Shown piece by piece: positions 59,499-64,000 of a stretch of 64,000 bases of DNA. The notes beneath the pieces are model-generated. The model ran no database searches. It was not told where the DNA came from and saw only the letters and a list, made by a program, of their open reading frames with translations. The first letter of the stretch is position 1, and every line of letters begins with the position of its first letter. The stretch is from Phoronis australis (Eukaryota > Animalia > Phoronida), in contig NMRA01000001.1 of the NCBI GenBank assembly GCA_002633005.1, forward strand, positions 2,148,933 to 2,212,932, read 5' to 3'. A program made the translations under genes and the position numbers.

Positions 59499-62134
59499 TA
59501 TGTCACTTGAAGCTGTCTTGATTTATACACAATGGAGAAAACAGACTCCTGGAAATTTATCTCAATGATTCAACAAAAATCACTATGGTAAATGGTCTGC
59601 ATTCCACATTCCTCTCAGTCTTCATTGGTCTTTGTCCCTGCTGAGTTTGTCACAGAGCAAATAGTCCAATACTGTCTATGCCAAGTTACTACACATAGGA
59701 AAGGTAAAATTTTGAACTAACAATTGAACAAAACTCGACCATCACCAAAGTTTTTCCACACCCATTCCTAACCAACCTGTGGAACAAACAATAACAATGG
59801 CAAATGACCAAATTCAGACATGACTCACATCAGATTCAACAAGCACTTCCTTCGGTCAACAGGTCAAGGAGTGTGTGCCTTTGTAACTACACAGCAGTTA
59901 GACTTAAATTCATCCAGTCGCAGACTCGATGTGTTCAAAGGAAATGCCACCTTTGTGGTCTGCTTCAAAGATTTTTTCTCTGTTTTCTTTTCAAGTGTCA
60001 GAAACAGGAACAGGAAGTAGGTTAATAAAATTAGATGCAAACTAGCGCCTCCAAACGGTGATGATCGGAGACACTTCTGTTCTTTAGTGAGCTCACTAGC
60101 CCTGCTCTCCCACAGACATCGCCTGAACTTATCTCTCAGATACAGACGAGTGTCCAAGTGGCACTGGCCGCCAGACACCTGAACATTAACTGCACCCCGA
60201 GGTGCCAGAAATGGCCCAGTCTGGTGGAACTCGAGTAAAACTATGGGTGGGGCCCGACAGCGTCTCGGTGCGGCGAACCGCAGACGTTACCCAGAAGGCC
60301 GGACTGAAATTTAAACTACTAGTACATGGCCGGGAACGCTGAAGAAGAAGAAGTTCCGCAGTAAATATAACTTTTCGGAAAAAGATTGGAAGTTATAAAT
60401 AACCAATTTGGATGATTATCATACTAGCTAGAAGATGGAGACTGGTGTTTAAATTGGCGAAAAATGACCCGGCCAAAAGCGGTTTCAGAGCAGAGAGATC
60501 ATATTCGCCGGCGAGTCAACAAAGTCAGTACAACTCTGGCAATTTTCGGCTGAGCGAAATGAAAACGTATTAGAACGTTACACTGTAACGTTCTAATACG
60601 TTGAAATCTTTTGCGACATATTCCGCCAAATCTATGGCTCATGAAGTCGGACTCTACTCGACGAAGACACACTCAGGCGGCCCTCAACGCCACGCTTGCA
60701 CAGTCAGTGAACGCCTGTCACGCAAAATTCGACAGTCTGACAGTGACAAGGGCAAATTGCACGATCCTGTATCGTGACGACTTCTTATGACTAAACGCAA
60801 ATGTCACAGTTCATCTCAGTCTTAGTTGTTAGGTAGTACAGCACGTCTCCGATCCATTCTGCATTGAAAGATTCGGATGCCCACTGTCCAGTGCAGTACC
60901 TGAGTAACCACGGCGGCGAACTTCATCTGAGTCAGGTAACGAAGAACAAGGCTGGCCCCGCTCCCACATATGGGCTTGGTCCTTTGTCTTTTAGTCATGT
61001 TGTCGTCCGCCCCGGTAGCAACAAAATTCCTTCCTAGTCGTCTCTCTGTTTTGAAAGCAAAACGACACTAGAGTGCAGCATGAACGTCGTATTGACGTTA
61101 ACAAAACCATAGCCTCTCACTCATTTAGGTACATAATAAACATTAATAGATCAGAATATTTCTCTTTGACTGTATACCTGAGATGAATACTGAAACGTAC
61201 GTGGTTCATGCTCCACTCTGTTTTCAACGTCCTGCTTGTAATTTGGGCAAAACTGCGTATAGGCTAATGTTCAGGCATCGTTTCTGGGAAACTGGTCCAG
61301 TTTCACCGGCAGCACCTATTCCGGCGCGATTTGACCCGGACTGAACAATGTCCGCAATCCGAGTCATAGAAGCCGGTTTATCAGGAAAAGCTGATCTATA
61401 TGGGCCTATTGTGTGAAGTTGAGCAATTCCCACATAAGTGATGGTTTCACGGTAATAAAACACTGCCTAAAATAAATTCATCGTGGACTACAACTTTACT
61501 GTGATTTTTTGAACTGTTTGATTTTTGAAGTTCAATTCCTCACAATAAGTTAGTAAGTCAGGATCACTTTTACGGGTAAAAATACCGCAAGAATTAGCCA
61601 AAATAGAAGAGTTTGAGCTTTCGGATCTCTAATACCCGCTGATAATTGGTTTTATTAACTCTTTGAACCGGCTGCAGATAATTGGCCTCCGAGTGATAAT
61701 GCAGGACAAAAAAGAGCAAGGGAAAGCTTATGATATCTGGCCTCAGTAACCGTTGTCGTCTGCAGTTGAAACCAAACGAGAGGTTTTGTAATTAATGCGC
61801 AGCACTGCAAATCTTACCCTTGCCTTAATATAGGCACGTAACATTCAGTAAGCACCACAATTTCACGCAATTTGTGTAGTTGAAAACGTTTATTGTAAAT
61901 ACAATACATGAACTACTCTGAAAACGTAAATTTACCTTGGCTTCTGTGTTATAGTTCCTGTGGTTCGGGAACATAACTCATCAACTGCGTTGTTTAAGAA
62001 ACACTTGATAATAAATTTTGAGCTTTCATCCAACAACAAAAGAAAACAATTGGAAAACGCTATTCAAAAATCAAGGACCACCACGTCGTAGTCCCAGAGG
62101 TAAATCTATTGTCGCATAGTGACCGAGGCAATGG

Positions 62135-62424
62135 CAGTGGCGGATAGGATACCATAAGGGAGAGNGGGGGGGGGGACCCAACCCTTTGCCTCGGGGAATT
62201 GGGCAAAGCGCGATTATATCTGAAGAGGCGGCCCAAAAGTTCTGGTGGACCTGCTGTTCAGAAACTCTATCGGTGGACTAAAAAATGAAAATGGGAACAC
62301 GATTCAGACGCTACCGGTCCTAGTTACTGAACTCAATATGTCCTCACGCTTCACACTGTTGCTGTTTTATTTTGCTCGCGGCAGCCAAAGGGGGGGGGGG
62401 CTGCCCTCCCTAAATCCGCCTATG
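62135..62424. mobile_element. hAT-like MITE (contains a gap N)
   Basis: CAGTGGCGGAT ... ATCCGCCTATG with G-runs; no TSD seen. Confidence 0.5.
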
Positions 62425-63198
62425 ACGTGATCCTTCAGTACGTTTAACTGCCGAAATCAACTATCATGGCAAGCCGTGGTAAAACTGAGATAAGTGTTTG
62501 TGGGAGCTATTTTCGTAATTTCAGCTACTAAGATTTTAAAATGGAATCAAACAAAACCCATCTTTTTAAAAACATGAAACCACTGTGAAACTTCCGTTAG
62601 TGACTTCCGTTTACAAGCAGTGTTTTTTAACGTATTCTCTGATCGTACGGCAAAAAAAAATCTAAAACATATCTTAACTTGTCCGTAATTTCCCACCTCT
62701 GAACACATGGTTGTATGAATTGAATTTATTATCACACGTTCTGGAACATTTGAAGTAAAATTCAACAGGAACACTTTCTAGATTAATTTTAGAGAGTTTT
62801 TCTGTCGCACATAGAACGAACTCGTCTCTAAATACCACCACGACCCCAATTTTAACGGTGGCGCGTGAACTCGTTTGTGAAAATTGTTGACTGCGCGTTC
62901 GCACCGGCCAGATCGACTACGTGCTGGCTTGGACTTGTCCCTGTAGAAAAAACTAGACGGCTTCGATATTTTCGCATAATACCCTGAGCAGTATGTTTTA
63001 AAGCAACGAAGACTACCCCTGCTAAAAATCAGGTACAGGATTTGTCCCCCTTATAAACGAGTTGTGACTTTATGTTCATGTCCATCCTCTAGTGAGGTAC
63101 AGCAACGCACATCTAAATGTAAGGTAACTAGCAGCCTAGATTTACTGCGCTGGTGACAGACTGGCAGACTAGTACCATCGTAGAACTCTATCCTCCAG

Positions 63199-63266
63199 CA
63201 TGGGCGGTGCACCATAGGGGGCTGGGGGCTATAGTACCCCACTTTTTCAGTGCTGCACCGCCCATG
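63199..63266. mobile_element. 68-bp mini-MITE with CATG termini and 5-bp TSD
   Basis: CATGGGCGGTGCA...TGCACCGCCCATG; TSD TCCAG. Confidence 0.8.
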
Positions 63267-64000
63267 TCCAGGGCTACCTTAGCAAAGACTAGACGGTTCA
63301 GACCTACTCTGGCTCATTATTTGTCATGGAAATGACGTCAAATAACTTAGAACGAAAGAAGGCCCTCCCAAAAAGGAAACAGATTAGTCCCCACATCACA
63401 ATAATTCTTTTTAACTCTTAATTTCCATGTTGATGGTCGATGGAAACGGCAGCACATTTATAATCTCCCTGTCCGCATAAACAGTACAGGTTAGTTTGAA
63501 GTAAATGGGCGGCGCTGAAGTGATACCCATAAGAAAATCGATGCAGACAGGAACTTGGCACTGGAGGCCGCGGAATGAGCCCAAATAAGTAAATGCGCAA
63601 CACTGATACAAACATTAACTTACAGACTTTACGCTTGTCTAATTATTATACTGCTTATAGGATACTTGCCATGATTCATTATGCACAGAATAATAACAAA
63701 ATACAAAACAAACGGCGTTTTATGTATTCCCTGCAGCCTTTTAAATTCGAAAGTAACGACGCCTATCAGACTCACGTGATCGTCCAAATACGGAAGGCAA
63801 TACAGTCAATATTGTATGGAGAGCCAAAGCGAAAAAAATCCAGGACATAAATTTTCTACGCAAGATTTAAAAACAGGCCAAAGCATAATTTTACTGCGCA
63901 GGACCAAAAATAAACACCTCAAAACCATAATTTCACTAATGAGGTTGAATTGCTGTCGTCTCTTCCACACTTTGCAACAGAAGCCAATGTATGCTTGCAC

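Overview
AT-rich, intron-rich animal (probably marine invertebrate) genomic DNA, not prokaryotic. Three spliced genes were reconstructed exon by exon with consistent splice phases. (1) The 5' part of usherin/USH2A on the minus strand (ATG 12440, continuing off the left edge). (2) A complete, divergent ADAM10/Kuzbanian-like metalloprotease on the plus strand (17810-40597, 14 coding exons, about 795 aa). It contains a minor-spliceosome (U12) intron that most likely has AT-AA ends, and its prodomain has no cysteine. (3) An alpha-arrestin (ARRDC-like) gene on the minus strand (59498 to about 52400). Introns and intergenic DNA hold a deleted Kolobok transposon (THAP-transposase plus a convergent P2X7-ballast-like gene), a non-autonomous IS3EU-type element with inverted 21-bp arrays, fold-back elements built from paired tRNA-like modules, several MITEs and an RTE-type LINE 3' end. 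Two apparent tandem duplications joined at a single N are probably haplotype assembly artefacts. All family assignments are by motif recognition; no database search was run.
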